A DNA stretch of 32,000 nt from Candidatus Electronema halotolerans (GCA_942493095.1 OW818675.1:1050001-1082000), one strand, 5' to 3'. Counted from the first letter of the stretch, positions 1 through 8,105 are shown. Made by a program: numbers and translations. The notes: generated from the sequence alone by a model not told the origin.

Positions 1-228
1 GCGGGAATTCCCTACGGCGCAGTCTGCCGCCCGCGCTTCCGGGAATCAGAGGTGCTGGCCGCCTTTGCAGAACAGGCAATGCCCGCTCTGCTGATCAGCG
101 AGGAGCAGTTCCAGCACAGCGGCTGGCTCAACCTGCTGCCGGAACTGCTTGCCCTCCGGCCCAAAAACACGCCGCCGGAAAACGGCGCACCAGCGGCGGC
201 AGAGTTTCTACGCAGACTCCTGCTCTGA
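1..228 (+). CDS. 3' end of an unidentified protein-coding gene (open at the window edge)
   Basis: Frame 1 is open from nt 1 to TGA at 226-228 (..GIPYGAVCRPRFRESEVLAAF..AAAEFLRRLLL*). Third codon positions are GC-rich like the neighbours. No family recognised. Confidence 0.4.
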   Translation, partial: AGIPYGAVCRPRFRESEVLAAFAEQAMPALLISEEQFQHSGWLNLLPELLALRPKNTPPENGAPAAAEFLRRLLL

Positions 229-411
229 GCCAGTCTTTTTCAGACTGCGGCGGGCCGTCTCCTCGTTGATCACCCGGATGCGCTCGGCCAGCTCCTCGCT
301 GACCACCATCCGGCCCTCCAGCACACAGCCTTTGCGGGCTGGAACGCATTCGCCGGAGAGCCTTTTGCAGCGGTTGGCGGCGATATCGTAATTTTTGCAG
401 TGAAAAGTCAT
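208..411 (-). CDS. small 4-Cys protein (67 aa), function unknown
   Basis: ATG ORF 24 nt downstream of the CZB gene on the same strand. GGAG lies about 10 nt upstream of the ATG. Cys residues at positions 5, 15, 22 and 29 (CKNYDIAANRCKRLSGECVPARKGC). The overlapping ORFs 128-349(-) and 149-391(+) look like shadow frames. Confidence 0.5.
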   Translation of the reverse strand: MTFHCKNYDIAANRCKRLSGECVPARKGCVLEGRMVVSEELAERIRVINEETARRSLKKTGSEQESA

Positions 412-435
412 TGCGTTACAGCTCCGCCCGGCTGA

Positions 436-807
436 TCAGCTCTTCTTTGCCTCCCGCTCCATTTTTTCCAGTATCTCAATGAAGCGGTTGCAGGTGTCTT
501 TGAAATTTTGCAGCATCTTTTTGCCATCCTCGCTCATGCGCTGTTCTTTGGAGGTGTTCAGCATCTTTTTAATGCTTTCATGCACATCTTGATGGAGTTT
601 TTCCATCGCATGCACCTCTGGGAAGGCGGCCAAGTGCTGCATTCCTTCTTGATCATAAAGCCATTTGCCGAAATCACAGCGGGTATGATCCGGCACATCG
701 CTGGGGTTCAGGTTCTCCACCCCATAGAAAAAATCCACTAACTTGGACTGCCAGTTGAGATGAGCAATAATGGCAGCCTGAATGTCCATGGTGTCTAAGG
801 TGCTCAT
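436..807 (-). CDS. stand-alone CZB (chemoreceptor zinc-binding) domain protein
   Basis: 123-aa ORF with SD GAGGAGAAAAC-ATG. The motifs AHLNWQSKL, HTRCDFGKWLY and HQDVHESI give the His/Cys/His/His ligand pattern of the CZB family (recognised from memory). Confidence 0.85.
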   Translation of the reverse strand: MSTLDTMDIQAAIIAHLNWQSKLVDFFYGVENLNPSDVPDHTRCDFGKWLYDQEGMQHLAAFPEVHAMEKLHQDVHESIKKMLNTSKEQRMSEDGKKMLQNFKDTCNRFIEILEKMEREAKKS

Positions 808-854
808 GTTTTCTCCTCAAGAGTATTTTTTGCAAGCACGGCTTCTTTGTTTTG

Positions 855-884
855 ATCATAACATGGACAGGCCGCTTCTGTCAA
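855..884 (-). promoter_or_regulatory. candidate sigma70 promoter for the CZB gene
   Basis: On the minus strand: TTGACA (879-884), an 18-nt spacer, then TATGAT (855-860), about 45 nt upstream of the ATG at 807. A 14-bp palindrome GCGTTTTCAAACGC lies just upstream (about 893-906). Confidence 0.35.
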
Positions 885-938
885 CAAATCTTGCGTTTTC
901 AAACGCATATACCACAGCGTCGGCGCGGAGCCGCTTCC

Positions 939-1229
939 TCACCCCCCTGCCTGTTCGGCGACTTTTTTTTCCAGATGTTCCAGCAGTTCAACTAACTGGT
1001 CGCATTCCTTCCTGAACCGGTCCATGACTTCCTGACCAGCAGTGCCCATTCGCATGTCTTTGGGCATGGCCACCAGCTCTTTGATGCCGTCATGCACATT
1101 TTCATGCAAGGTCTCCAAGGTGCTGATTTCTGGAAAATGAGCAAGTTCTTTCAGTCCCTTGGAGTAGAGCCACTTGCCAAAATCACAGCTTGTGTGATCC
1201 GACACATCTGAAGCGTTCAGCTCTTCCAC
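939..1229 (-). pseudogene. N-terminally truncated CZB paralogue
   Basis: 96-codon ORF (GTG start) clearly paralogous to 436-807 (SDVSDHTSCDFGKWLY, HENVHDGI). Similarity continues upstream of the GTG (HLYGVEEL versus FFYGVENL) to an in-frame TGA at 1245-1247. The first helix, which carries the first His ligand, is absent. Confidence 0.55.
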
Positions 1230-1238
1230 GCCATAAAG

Positions 1239-1424
1239 GTGAATTCAAGTTCCAAGTGCAACTTTTTTTGGTTGCAAGAAAAGGCAGTTACGGGAGTGTC
1301 ACAACTTTGCTTTTGTCGCTAACTAAGAGAAAATAATTGAAAATTTACATGAAGTATTCAAAGTGCCAGCCAACCTATGCTTTTTGGATAACCAAAAAAA
1401 GTTGCACTTGCGAGTTGAATCCAC
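1239..1424. mobile_element. MITE-like inverted-repeat element (186 bp)
   Basis: Perfect 21-bp inverted repeat CAAGTGCAACTTTTTTTGGTT (1253-1273) / AACCAAAAAAAGTTGCACTTG (1390-1410). It extends to 35 bp (31/35 matches) with termini GTGAATTCAA (1239) and TTGAATCCAC (1424). The 116-bp core is AT-rich and non-coding. No target-site duplication was found by eye. Confidence 0.45.
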
Positions 1425-1779
1425 ACTAACCAATTGGTATCACATAATTTTCGAGATAGCAACACTCAACAGGGGCACCACCCGATTTTGTCAACCACAG
1501 AAAAACTCGGAGAGCCCACATTTTTCTTATAATTTATTTTACTATGTGTCTCGGTCGTTTGCCAGCCCAACTCAAAAATCTGTGTCAAATAATCACACCT
1601 TTCCGCTCCAGCCTGCTCTTATCCCATTTTCCGATATTTCAAAATCATCCGGGTCTTGACAGTTATGCGCTTATCATTTGAATCCGACTTGCATCCAAAT
1701 TATATGCAGTGAAACCGTGAATTTTATTTTTTACACCTCATTAAAAAAATAATACCTTGCATGTATTTTACTCGTAAAT

Positions 1780-1808
1780 TTGACAACCATGCTCTTTTCA
1801 TCTATACT
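1780..1808 (+). promoter_or_regulatory. near-consensus sigma70 promoter
   Basis: TTGACA (1780-1785), a 17-nt spacer, then TATACT (1803-1808), about 70 nt upstream of the ATG at 1881. Confidence 0.5.
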
Positions 1809-1880
1809 GTAAATAAGAACCATTCTTAATAAGAATCTGCTTGAAAAAACAGGTTGCAGATTACACAGGAGGAGACCTTC

Positions 1881-2156
1881 ATGAAAACATTTATCAGCGC
1901 CTTGTGCGCAGCAGCTATTCTTCTTGTTTCCAGTTCAGCCTACGCAGTTGATGTAGAGAAAAACTGCCTCAGAGGCGATGCGAAAACTGTGGATGAGGCT
2001 TTCAAATTAGGTGTTGAAATGGCAAAAAAAGCAGGATTGGAATTGGGTGATGAAAAAAAAGAAGCGCATATCCATATTCTGTCGAACAAGGAACACAGCC
2101 TCTACACAGTGGAAGTCTGCTCTTCCGCCTGTGAAGAGGATCATGCCGGAGCCTGA
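1881..2156 (+). CDS. small secreted protein (91 aa), unknown function
   Basis: AGGAGG lies 7 nt upstream of ATG 1881. Sec-type signal peptide MKTFISALCAAAILLVSSSAYA|VD. The mature part has three Cys and is Lys/Glu-rich. GC content is lower than in the flanking genes. Confidence 0.7.
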   Translation: MKTFISALCAAAILLVSSSAYAVDVEKNCLRGDAKTVDEAFKLGVEMAKKAGLELGDEKKEAHIHILSNKEHSLYTVEVCSSACEEDHAGA

Positions 2157-2162
2157 ATGCCT

Positions 2163-2220
2163 GCTGTTGCGCATATAACAGCGGCGTGCTCAATCAGCCT
2201 GTTATGTCTCGTCATAACAG
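2163..2220. terminator. two hairpins between convergent genes (possible bidirectional terminators)
   Basis: GCTGTT-8nt-AACAGC (2163-2182) and CTGTTATG-6nt-CATAACAG (2199-2220). Neither strand has a strong U-tract. Confidence 0.3.
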
Positions 2221-2245
2221 ACTGATTTGCTGGCAGCACCCCGTC

Positions 2246-2551
2246 TCAGTGCGCTGCCGCCTTGTTTTTGTCCCTGCTGAGGATGGCCTCGGCAAAATCG
2301 CGCAGTTCACCTTCCTCAACCTTATTTTTATCACCGCTGATCAGCGCGTCAGCGAGATCGCGCAGTTTTTCCGGCGCAAAATCCTTGTCTTTGACAATAA
2401 TCGCCTCGGCAAAATCGCTCAGTTCACCGTCAACTTTGTGCTTGTCGCCAGTGATGATGGCCTCGGCCAGATCGCGCAACTCACCATGCGCTCTGTTCTT
2501 GTCGCCGCTGATCAGCGCGTCGGCCAATTCATGCAAGTCTCCGTGCAGCAT
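2246..2551 (-). CDS. acidic tandem-repeat protein (101 aa; five ~20-aa repeats), unknown function
   Basis: SD GGAGAAAACGTC-ATG at 2551. The protein is MLH + [GDLHELADALISGDKNRAH][GELRDLAEAIITGDKHKVD][GELSDFAEAIIVKDKDFAP][EKLRDLADALISGDKNKVEE][GELRDFAEAILSRDKNKAAAH]. The longer 2246-2890 ORF would overlap rsmE and lacks an RBS. Confidence 0.65.
   Translation of the reverse strand: MLHGDLHELADALISGDKNRAHGELRDLAEAIITGDKHKVDGELSDFAEAIIVKDKDFAPEKLRDLADALISGDKNKVEEGELRDFAEAILSRDKNKAAAH
2249..2542. repeat. five tandem ~57-60-nt coding repeats
   Basis: Recurrent blocks such as GGCCTCGGCAAAATCGCGCAGTTCACC / GCGTCAGCGAGATCGCGCAGTTTTTC / GCCTCGGCCAGATCGCGCAACTCACC. Because of the periodicity, three frames stay open across the region. 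Confidence 0.7.
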
Positions 2552-2630
2552 GACGTTTTCTCCTTTCTGAGTTATAGTGTGAACATGCAGACCAGGCAGC
2601 GGCCCGGTCAAAAATAAAAAATTGTCTGAA

Positions 2631-3389
2631 ATGAACCTTGTCCTTTTTGCAGAACAGGAACTGCGCGGTCGCATCCTGCGGCTGACTGATTTCCGGGCTG
2701 AACATATCCGCAAGGTGCTGGGCCTCAAACCCGGCGACAGCCTGCGCCTTGGCATGATCAACGGCAGGCTGGGGCATGGAACTGTCCTCAGCTCTGATGC
2801 AGCCGCAGTGCAGATCGCAGCGCAGCTTGACCGCGAGCCGCCGCCAGCACCGCCAGTGGAGCTGCTCCTCGCTCTGCCCCGCCCGATCATGCTTCAGCGC
2901 ATTCTCAAGCAGGCGGCTGCCATTGGCGTGGCCCGCATCCACCTGCTCCGGTCCGCCAAGGTGGAAAAATCCTTTTTTCACTCGCCCGCCCTGCTGCCGG
3001 AAAAAATCACCGAGCGGCTCTTGGAAGGGCTGGCGCAGGCAGCGGTTGACACCCGCCTGCCGGAAGTCCGCATTCATCCGCAGTTCAAAGCCTTTGTGCA
3101 GGATATTGTGCCACAGCTGGATGGCTGCGGCCTGCTCGCCCATCCCGGTGTTCCCGCCAGCCTGCCAGAGGTCTTTCCTGAAAAACGCGGCCAGCGCATC
3201 CTGCTGGCAGTCGGCCCGGAAGGAGGCTGGAATGACTTTGAAGTCAGCTGCTTCCTTGAGCAGGGCTTTGCCTCCTTTTCCCTTGGCAGCCGCATTCTCC
3301 ACGTTGACACTGCCGCTGCGGTGCTTCTCGGCCAGCTTCAGCTTCTGCGGGACATGCCGCGTCAGTGCTTCCCGGCATCCCTGGCCTGA
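2631..3389 (+). CDS. rsmE: 16S rRNA (uracil1498-N3)-methyltransferase RsmE
   Basis: The N-terminal PUA-like segment and the C-terminal LLAVGPEGGW..E motif are typical of RsmE. ATG 2631 is preferred over TTG 2622. Confidence 0.85.
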   Translation: MNLVLFAEQELRGRILRLTDFRAEHIRKVLGLKPGDSLRLGMINGRLGHGTVLSSDAAAVQIAAQLDREPPPAPPVELLLALPRPIMLQRILKQAAAIGVARIHLLRSAKVEKSFFHSPALLPEKITERLLEGLAQAAVDTRLPEVRIHPQFKAFVQDIVPQLDGCGLLAHPGVPASLPEVFPEKRGQRILLAVGPEGGWNDFEVSCFLEQGFASFSLGSRILHVDTAAAVLLGQLQLLRDMPRQCFPASLA

Positions 3390-5857
3390 ATCGAATAAAA
3401 GCGGTCGATCATCCGTTTATGGCTCAGGGCGACGCTGGAGTCGCGCAGGAGGAGATTGGTCATGTCCTTTTCTGAGATCGGGGCACTGAAGAGAAAGCCC
3501 TGCCCTTCGTCACAGCGGGTTTTTTGCAGGAAAAACATGTGGTCTTCAGTTTCCACGCCTTCGGCAATCACCCGGAAGCCAAGGTTTTTGGCGATTGAGA
3601 TGATGCCCAAGGTGATGGCCGCATCGGTCTTGTTGGTGGTCACATTGGTGATGAAGGAGCGGTCAATCTTGATTTTATCCACCTTGAGATGCTGAAGATA
3701 GCTCAGGGAAGAATAGCCGGTGCCAAAGTCGTCAATCGCGGTTTTCACGCCCTGCTCGCGCAGCCGGTTGATCAGATCCACGGTGAAATCCATGTTTTCA
3801 ATCAAGACCCCTTCGGTGAATTCCACTTCCAAGGCCTCTGGCGGATAACCGGTGCTTTCCACGCAGCTCATGATCTGATGATAGAGATCACGCCGCCGCA
3901 GGAGCCTGCCTGAGAGATTGACGGCCATGATGAACTTCTTGAAGCCCATGTCCCGCCATTTCTTGCCCTGAGCGCAGGCCTTGCGGATCAGGTCAATACC
4001 CATTTTTTCAATCAGGCCAGTGGTTTCGGCAATGGGAATGAAGGCGACCGGCGAGATCAGCCCCTTGACCGGATGAATCCAGCGGGCCAAGGCCTCCATG
4101 CCGCAGATGGAGCCGTTGCTCAGGTTGATCTGGGGCTGGTAGAAGTTGATCAAGTCGTCGTCGGTCACGGCCTTGCGCAGGTCATTCTCCAAATACAGGC
4201 TGTCCGCCGCCTGAATCTTCATGCCGCTGTCCCACTGGCTGATGCGGTTGCCGCCTTCGCTTTTGGCCGCCTCCATAGCCGTGTCCGCATTGCGCAGCAG
4301 TTCGAGCGGCGTGCTGCCGTCCTCCGGGTAGATGCTGAAGCCGATGCTGGGCCGGATGAGAATGGCCCGTGATTCGTTTTTCACCGGGGTGCGGAACCGC
4401 TGCATGATTCTTTCAGCCAGCTTTTTGGCCCGTTCCCGGTCTGTGGGCGGCGGCAGGACAATGGCGAATTCATCGCCGTTCAAACGGGCGACAATGTCCG
4501 CTCCGGCCTCTTTGGCGCATTTTTTGAGAATGGTGGCCACGCTGCATAATATCTTGTCGCCAAAGCCGGGGCCAAAGATGCGGTTGATGCGTTTGAAATG
4601 GTCCAAATCAACATAGAGCAGGCCAAGATTGCCGGACATCTGCTCTCCTTCATCTCCGCTCAGATCAACAGAATCTTCAAGATAACGCTGAAAAGAAGGG
4701 CGGTCGGCAAGACCGGTCAGCGGGTCGCAGGTGATGCCTCTGGCATTGTCCCCGTCTTCCGCCGCCGCAGGGGTCGGCGCAGCGCAGACCGGCGGCGGCA
4801 CTGCCTCGTCGCCGCCGTTGGCATGCGCATCAATCATACAGACAAAGCCTTCCTCCCCGCCTTTGCCGCCGCTGCTGCGGGTGATGGAGAAGCTGAAAGA
4901 TTGCCGACCGTCACGCTCCTCCTCATCCTGCGCCTCTTTCAGCACGGCCCGGCCCTGCCAGCCGCCCTTTTTTTCCGCCTCGCGCAGAGCCGTCGCCAAG
5001 GCCGGACCAGGCTTGGGCAGCATGATCAGCTGATCCAGCCGCATGGTCTGGACAGCGTTCAGCGTGCAGCCGCAGCGGCTGAGAAAAACAGGATTGGCGT
5101 ACAGGACCCGCTGCTCCGGGCTGACAAAAAGCAGGCCGCAGTTCTGCCTGTCTATGATCTGCTGCTGCATGGACAGCTCTTTTTTCATGCGCCGCGAGAT
5201 GGTCTTGGTCCGATGCAGCTCCGCCTGACATTGGTCCAACTGCCGCCGCAGGGCCTCCTCTTCCGCCGCCGCAGACTGCGGCTCCTGCGCTGATTCAGCC
5301 GGAACAGCTTCCGGCTCGGCAGCCTCAGTCGCACTGTCTTCCTGCGGCGCTTCCGTCGCTGTCTCTTCTGATTTCCGGCCCGGCTTCTGCTCCTGAACAC
5401 CTTCCTGAAGGGCGCGGGACATGCTGATCGTGCCCCAGCTCATGATGTTTTCCTCGCAGAAGATGAGCACCGGCCCATCCCAGCCTGGAGGAATCTCCTT
5501 GGCAGCAGCCAAGGCCTTGATCGTGACGGCAAAACGGTTCAGGTCGGTTTTCTCCACCGTGATCAATGAAGCAAAATCATGAAACGGCTCAACGGTCAGC
5601 ACGGGCTGCGGCATTCCCGACACTTCAAAAACAAGCTGGAACTGCGTCTGCTGCTCCGCCGCCTCGGCAGGCAGATGCAGCTTTTCCGGCTGCCAGGTGA
5701 TCGCCGCGCTGCTGCTGGTGCTGTTTCTTCGCTTGTCAATAAAAGGAAACGGGCTTCTGAAGAGGCAGAACTGGCAGGTGAAGCTGTTGCTTTCAATCAG
5801 AGCAGGAGTCAAGGTGATGCTGTTCCGCTGACCGCATTCCTCACAAAAGAGAATCAT
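3362..5857 (-). CDS. zinc-ribbon / PAS / degenerate GGDEF / EAL c-di-GMP signalling protein
   Basis: 831 aa. N-terminal CEEC..CQFC ribbon, then a Glu/Ala-rich linker and a PAS-like segment. The GGDEF site reads NGDEF. EAL motifs are intact (EALARW, DDFGTGYSSL, KIDRSF, EGVET, QGFLFS). Confidence 0.9.
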   Translation of the reverse strand: MILFCEECGQRNSITLTPALIESNSFTCQFCLFRSPFPFIDKRRNSTSSSAAITWQPEKLHLPAEAAEQQTQFQLVFEVSGMPQPVLTVEPFHDFASLITVEKTDLNRFAVTIKALAAAKEIPPGWDGPVLIFCEENIMSWGTISMSRALQEGVQEQKPGRKSEETATEAPQEDSATEAAEPEAVPAESAQEPQSAAAEEEALRRQLDQCQAELHRTKTISRRMKKELSMQQQIIDRQNCGLLFVSPEQRVLYANPVFLSRCGCTLNAVQTMRLDQLIMLPKPGPALATALREAEKKGGWQGRAVLKEAQDEEERDGRQSFSFSITRSSGGKGGEEGFVCMIDAHANGGDEAVPPPVCAAPTPAAAEDGDNARGITCDPLTGLADRPSFQRYLEDSVDLSGDEGEQMSGNLGLLYVDLDHFKRINRIFGPGFGDKILCSVATILKKCAKEAGADIVARLNGDEFAIVLPPPTDRERAKKLAERIMQRFRTPVKNESRAILIRPSIGFSIYPEDGSTPLELLRNADTAMEAAKSEGGNRISQWDSGMKIQAADSLYLENDLRKAVTDDDLINFYQPQINLSNGSICGMEALARWIHPVKGLISPVAFIPIAETTGLIEKMGIDLIRKACAQGKKWRDMGFKKFIMAVNLSGRLLRRRDLYHQIMSCVESTGYPPEALEVEFTEGVLIENMDFTVDLINRLREQGVKTAIDDFGTGYSSLSYLQHLKVDKIKIDRSFITNVTTNKTDAAITLGIISIAKNLGFRVIAEGVETEDHMFFLQKTRCDEGQGFLFSAPISEKDMTNLLLRDSSVALSHKRMIDRFYSIQARDAGKH

Positions 5858-6082
5858 CGATGTTGCATCCGAGAGATGAAAGATTTATGGTATGCCGCGC
5901 TGCGGCAGGCGGTCATGAGCTGCTCTGCCGACGGACCAGCATCTGCATGCAGCCGGAACAAAAGAGCAGACTGGCCTGTTGGCAGCGGCTGCGGGCCGCC
6001 GTCAAGCAGTATAAAAAATACTACCATTGATTCTGAATGCGGTCAATCATCTGAGAGCGCAGGAAGGGAATAAGAGGACAAA

Positions 6083-6616
6083 ATGGAGCAGGGCGGAAAA
6101 AAAGGCCTTTTCATCATCTACACAGGCCAAGGCAAAGGCAAAACCACTGCGGCTCTCGGCCTGAGCCTGCGCGCTTTGGGGCATGGACACCGGGTCTGTT
6201 TCATCCAGTTCATCAAGGGCAGCTGGAAATACGGAGAAATGGAGGCGGTCGCCCGCTTTGCCGATCTGCTTGACTTTCATGTCATGGGCCGGGGCTTCAC
6301 ATGGAATTCCGATGACCTGCGGAAAGATGCCGAAGCGGCCCTCCGAGGCTGGGAACTGGCCCGGAAGGTGCTTGCCGAGGGCAGACACCGCTTAGTGGTG
6401 CTGGATGAGCTGACCTATCTGATCCGGTACAAGATGCTGACGGAAGAGGACGTGCTGGCCGTGCTCGACCGGCGCGCCCCGGCCACTCATGTGGTGATCA
6501 CAGGCCGGGGCGCAGGAGAGGGTCTGATCCAGGCCGCTGACTTAGTCACCGAGCTGCAGGAGGTCAAGCATCCTTATGCCTCAGGAGTCAAAGCGCAGCA
6601 GGGCATAGAGTTTTAG
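6083..6616 (+). CDS. cobO: cob(I)yrinic acid a,c-diamide adenosyltransferase
   Basis: 177 aa with P-loop YTGQGKGKTTAALG, GHG..V.FIQFIKG and LVVLDEL, all typical of the CobO/BtuR family. SD AAGAGGA. Confidence 0.9.
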   Translation: MEQGGKKGLFIIYTGQGKGKTTAALGLSLRALGHGHRVCFIQFIKGSWKYGEMEAVARFADLLDFHVMGRGFTWNSDDLRKDAEAALRGWELARKVLAEGRHRLVVLDELTYLIRYKMLTEEDVLAVLDRRAPATHVVITGRGAGEGLIQAADLVTELQEVKHPYASGVKAQQGIEF

Positions 6617-6630
6617 CCAGCCTGAGGTGC

Positions 6631-7122
6631 TCACAGCAGCTCTTTGACATCCTCCTCAACAACCTGACGCGGAGCATAGCCTGGATAGCTTTTCACCACA
6701 CTGCCTTTTCTGTTGATCAAGAATGAGGTGGGGACCCCGGAAATGCCGCCAAAGCCGTTGATGACACGTTCGTCAGCCATCAGGACAGGATAGTTTATAT
6801 CCTCAATTTCAATCAATTTTTTTACAACCTCGCTGCCGCCTTCATCCACGGAGATGCCCACGATGGAGAAGCCTTTGCCGCCCAATTTTTTTTGCAGCTT
6901 AATGAATTCCGGGATCTCTTGGCGGCAGGGCGGACACCAGGTGGCGAAGAATGTCACCAGCAGCACTTTGCCTTGAAAGTCCTTGCTGCTGACGATGCTG
7001 TCATCTGCGGCAGAAGAAAGAGCAAATTCAGGCATGGCCTTGGCGGCCAGCACCGTGCTGCCGGAGAAAGAAAACAGCAATACAGTTACGATGAGAAACG
7101 CAATGGTCGCAATCCGATTCAT
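6631..7122 (-). CDS. TlpA/ResA-like periplasmic thiol-disulfide oxidoreductase
   Basis: Signal/anchor peptide MNRIATIAFLIVTVLLF. Thioredoxin fold with a WCPPC active site. Confidence 0.85.
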   Translation of the reverse strand: MNRIATIAFLIVTVLLFSFSGSTVLAAKAMPEFALSSAADDSIVSSKDFQGKVLLVTFFATWCPPCRQEIPEFIKLQKKLGGKGFSIVGISVDEGGSEVVKKLIEIEDINYPVLMADERVINGFGGISGVPTSFLINRKGSVVKSYPGYAPRQVVEEDVKELL

Positions 7123-7285
7123 AAAAATAACACCTGTGAAAAAAAGATAAGAATAACAGGAAATATCTTCAACTATTCTGATTGCGTCATTATTACCTCC
7201 ATCAGCAGGGCCTTGTCAAGCAGGGAAGCGAAAAGGGCGCAGTTTCCAGCACTGAAGCAGACATGAACACTACAGAGGCGCATCC

Positions 7286-7999
7286 ATGAAAAGCTGCTGG
7301 CTCAGAGGCAATGGCAGCAGGGACTGCCTTGTCTTCATGGCGGGCTGGGGCATGGGGCCGGAGCCGTTTGCCGAGCTGGCCTCCGGGCCTGCGGACCTGC
7401 TGCTGCTCTATGATTATCGGACGTTGGACGATGCTGTCCTTGCCGAGCTGCACGGCAAAGAGCATCTGCATCTGCTGGCGTGGTCAATGGGGGTCTGGGC
7501 AGCGGCCTGGCTGCAGCAGCACAGTGAGCTGTTTTCGGCCCTGAATTTCCAGTCAGCCACAGCTGTCGGCGGCACTTTGCGGCCTGTTGATGATCAGCAT
7601 GGCATTCCGGTGCAAGGCTTTGCCGAGATGCTCAAAGACATGTCCGCAGAAAAAATGGAGGCCTTTTATCGCTCCATGTTTGACCGCGAGGAAGAGGCGG
7701 ATCACTTTCTTTGCCGCCGCCCGCAGCGCGCCTGCGCCGAACTGCGCGAGGAGCTGGGCTGTCTGCACGACCTGTGCCGCTGCTCAGGAGATATGCCGGA
7801 CATCTACAGCCGCCGGATTGTCACCAGCCGGGACCGGATTTTTCCGGCCCGCAATCAGCTCAGGGCCTGGGGACGGCAGCAGTCCCTTGCCGCTGCCCTG
7901 CCGCATTTTCCCTTTTACCGGCAGGACGCAGCAGGAGCGTTGCGGACGGACCTGTTTCAGTTCAATCAGTTGCAAGCAGATCAGCCTGCCGGAGCCTGA
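7286..7999 (+). CDS. bioG: pimeloyl-ACP methyl ester esterase BioG (DUF452 family)
   Basis: FMAGWG, YDY, LLAWSMGVW (nucleophile elbow), SATAVGGT..PVDD.HGIP and TSRDRIFP.RNQ are collinear with Haemophilus-type BioG as I recall it. Confidence 0.75.
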   Translation: MKSCWLRGNGSRDCLVFMAGWGMGPEPFAELASGPADLLLLYDYRTLDDAVLAELHGKEHLHLLAWSMGVWAAAWLQQHSELFSALNFQSATAVGGTLRPVDDQHGIPVQGFAEMLKDMSAEKMEAFYRSMFDREEEADHFLCRRPQRACAELREELGCLHDLCRCSGDMPDIYSRRIVTSRDRIFPARNQLRAWGRQQSLAAALPHFPFYRQDAAGALRTDLFQFNQLQADQPAGA

Positions 8000-8105
8000 C
8001 AAGCTGGCCGCAAAAAAAACTTGCAGTTTGCCAGCGGCGGTTTCATACTGAACAGTGAATCTGTTCCGCATTATGTCCGCGCAATTCAACACAGGGAGTT
8101 CACGC

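Noticed and set aside
1239-1465. Clean restoration of the CZB reading frame by excising the inverted-repeat element
   Set aside because: Removing 185 bp would join the frames, but the repeat-defined element is 186 bp. No target-site duplication is visible, and the joined product would be about 5 residues short in helix 1. I therefore report only the coincidence of the truncation point with the repeat arm.
1363-1659. 98-aa ORF in the AT-rich region
   Set aside because: It starts inside the inverted-repeat element. It has a low-complexity, atypical composition, no RBS and no recognisable family, so it is probably non-coding.
1679-1686. A second copy of the element terminus TTGAATCC, as evidence for another MITE end
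   Set aside because: Only 8 nt match, which is expected by chance in a 32-kb window read on both strands.
2186-2890. Long ORFs 2246-2890(-), 2186-2617(+), 2262-2570(+) and 2529-3302(-)
   Set aside because: These are shadow or extended frames kept open by the tandem repeats and high GC. The 214-aa version overlaps rsmE and has no RBS, whereas the internal ATG at 2551 has a good SD.
5858-6082. Possible cobalamin riboswitch upstream of cobO, or a c-di-GMP (GEMM) riboswitch upstream of the GGDEF-EAL gene; also ORF 5579-6073
   Set aside because: I see no B12-box-like core (GCCACTG context) and none of the paired GEMM hairpin signatures on either strand. The GGAAGGGAA string lies only about 20 nt before the cobO ATG, too close to belong to an aptamer. 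The 164-aa ORF overlaps the GGDEF gene start and looks like a shadow frame.
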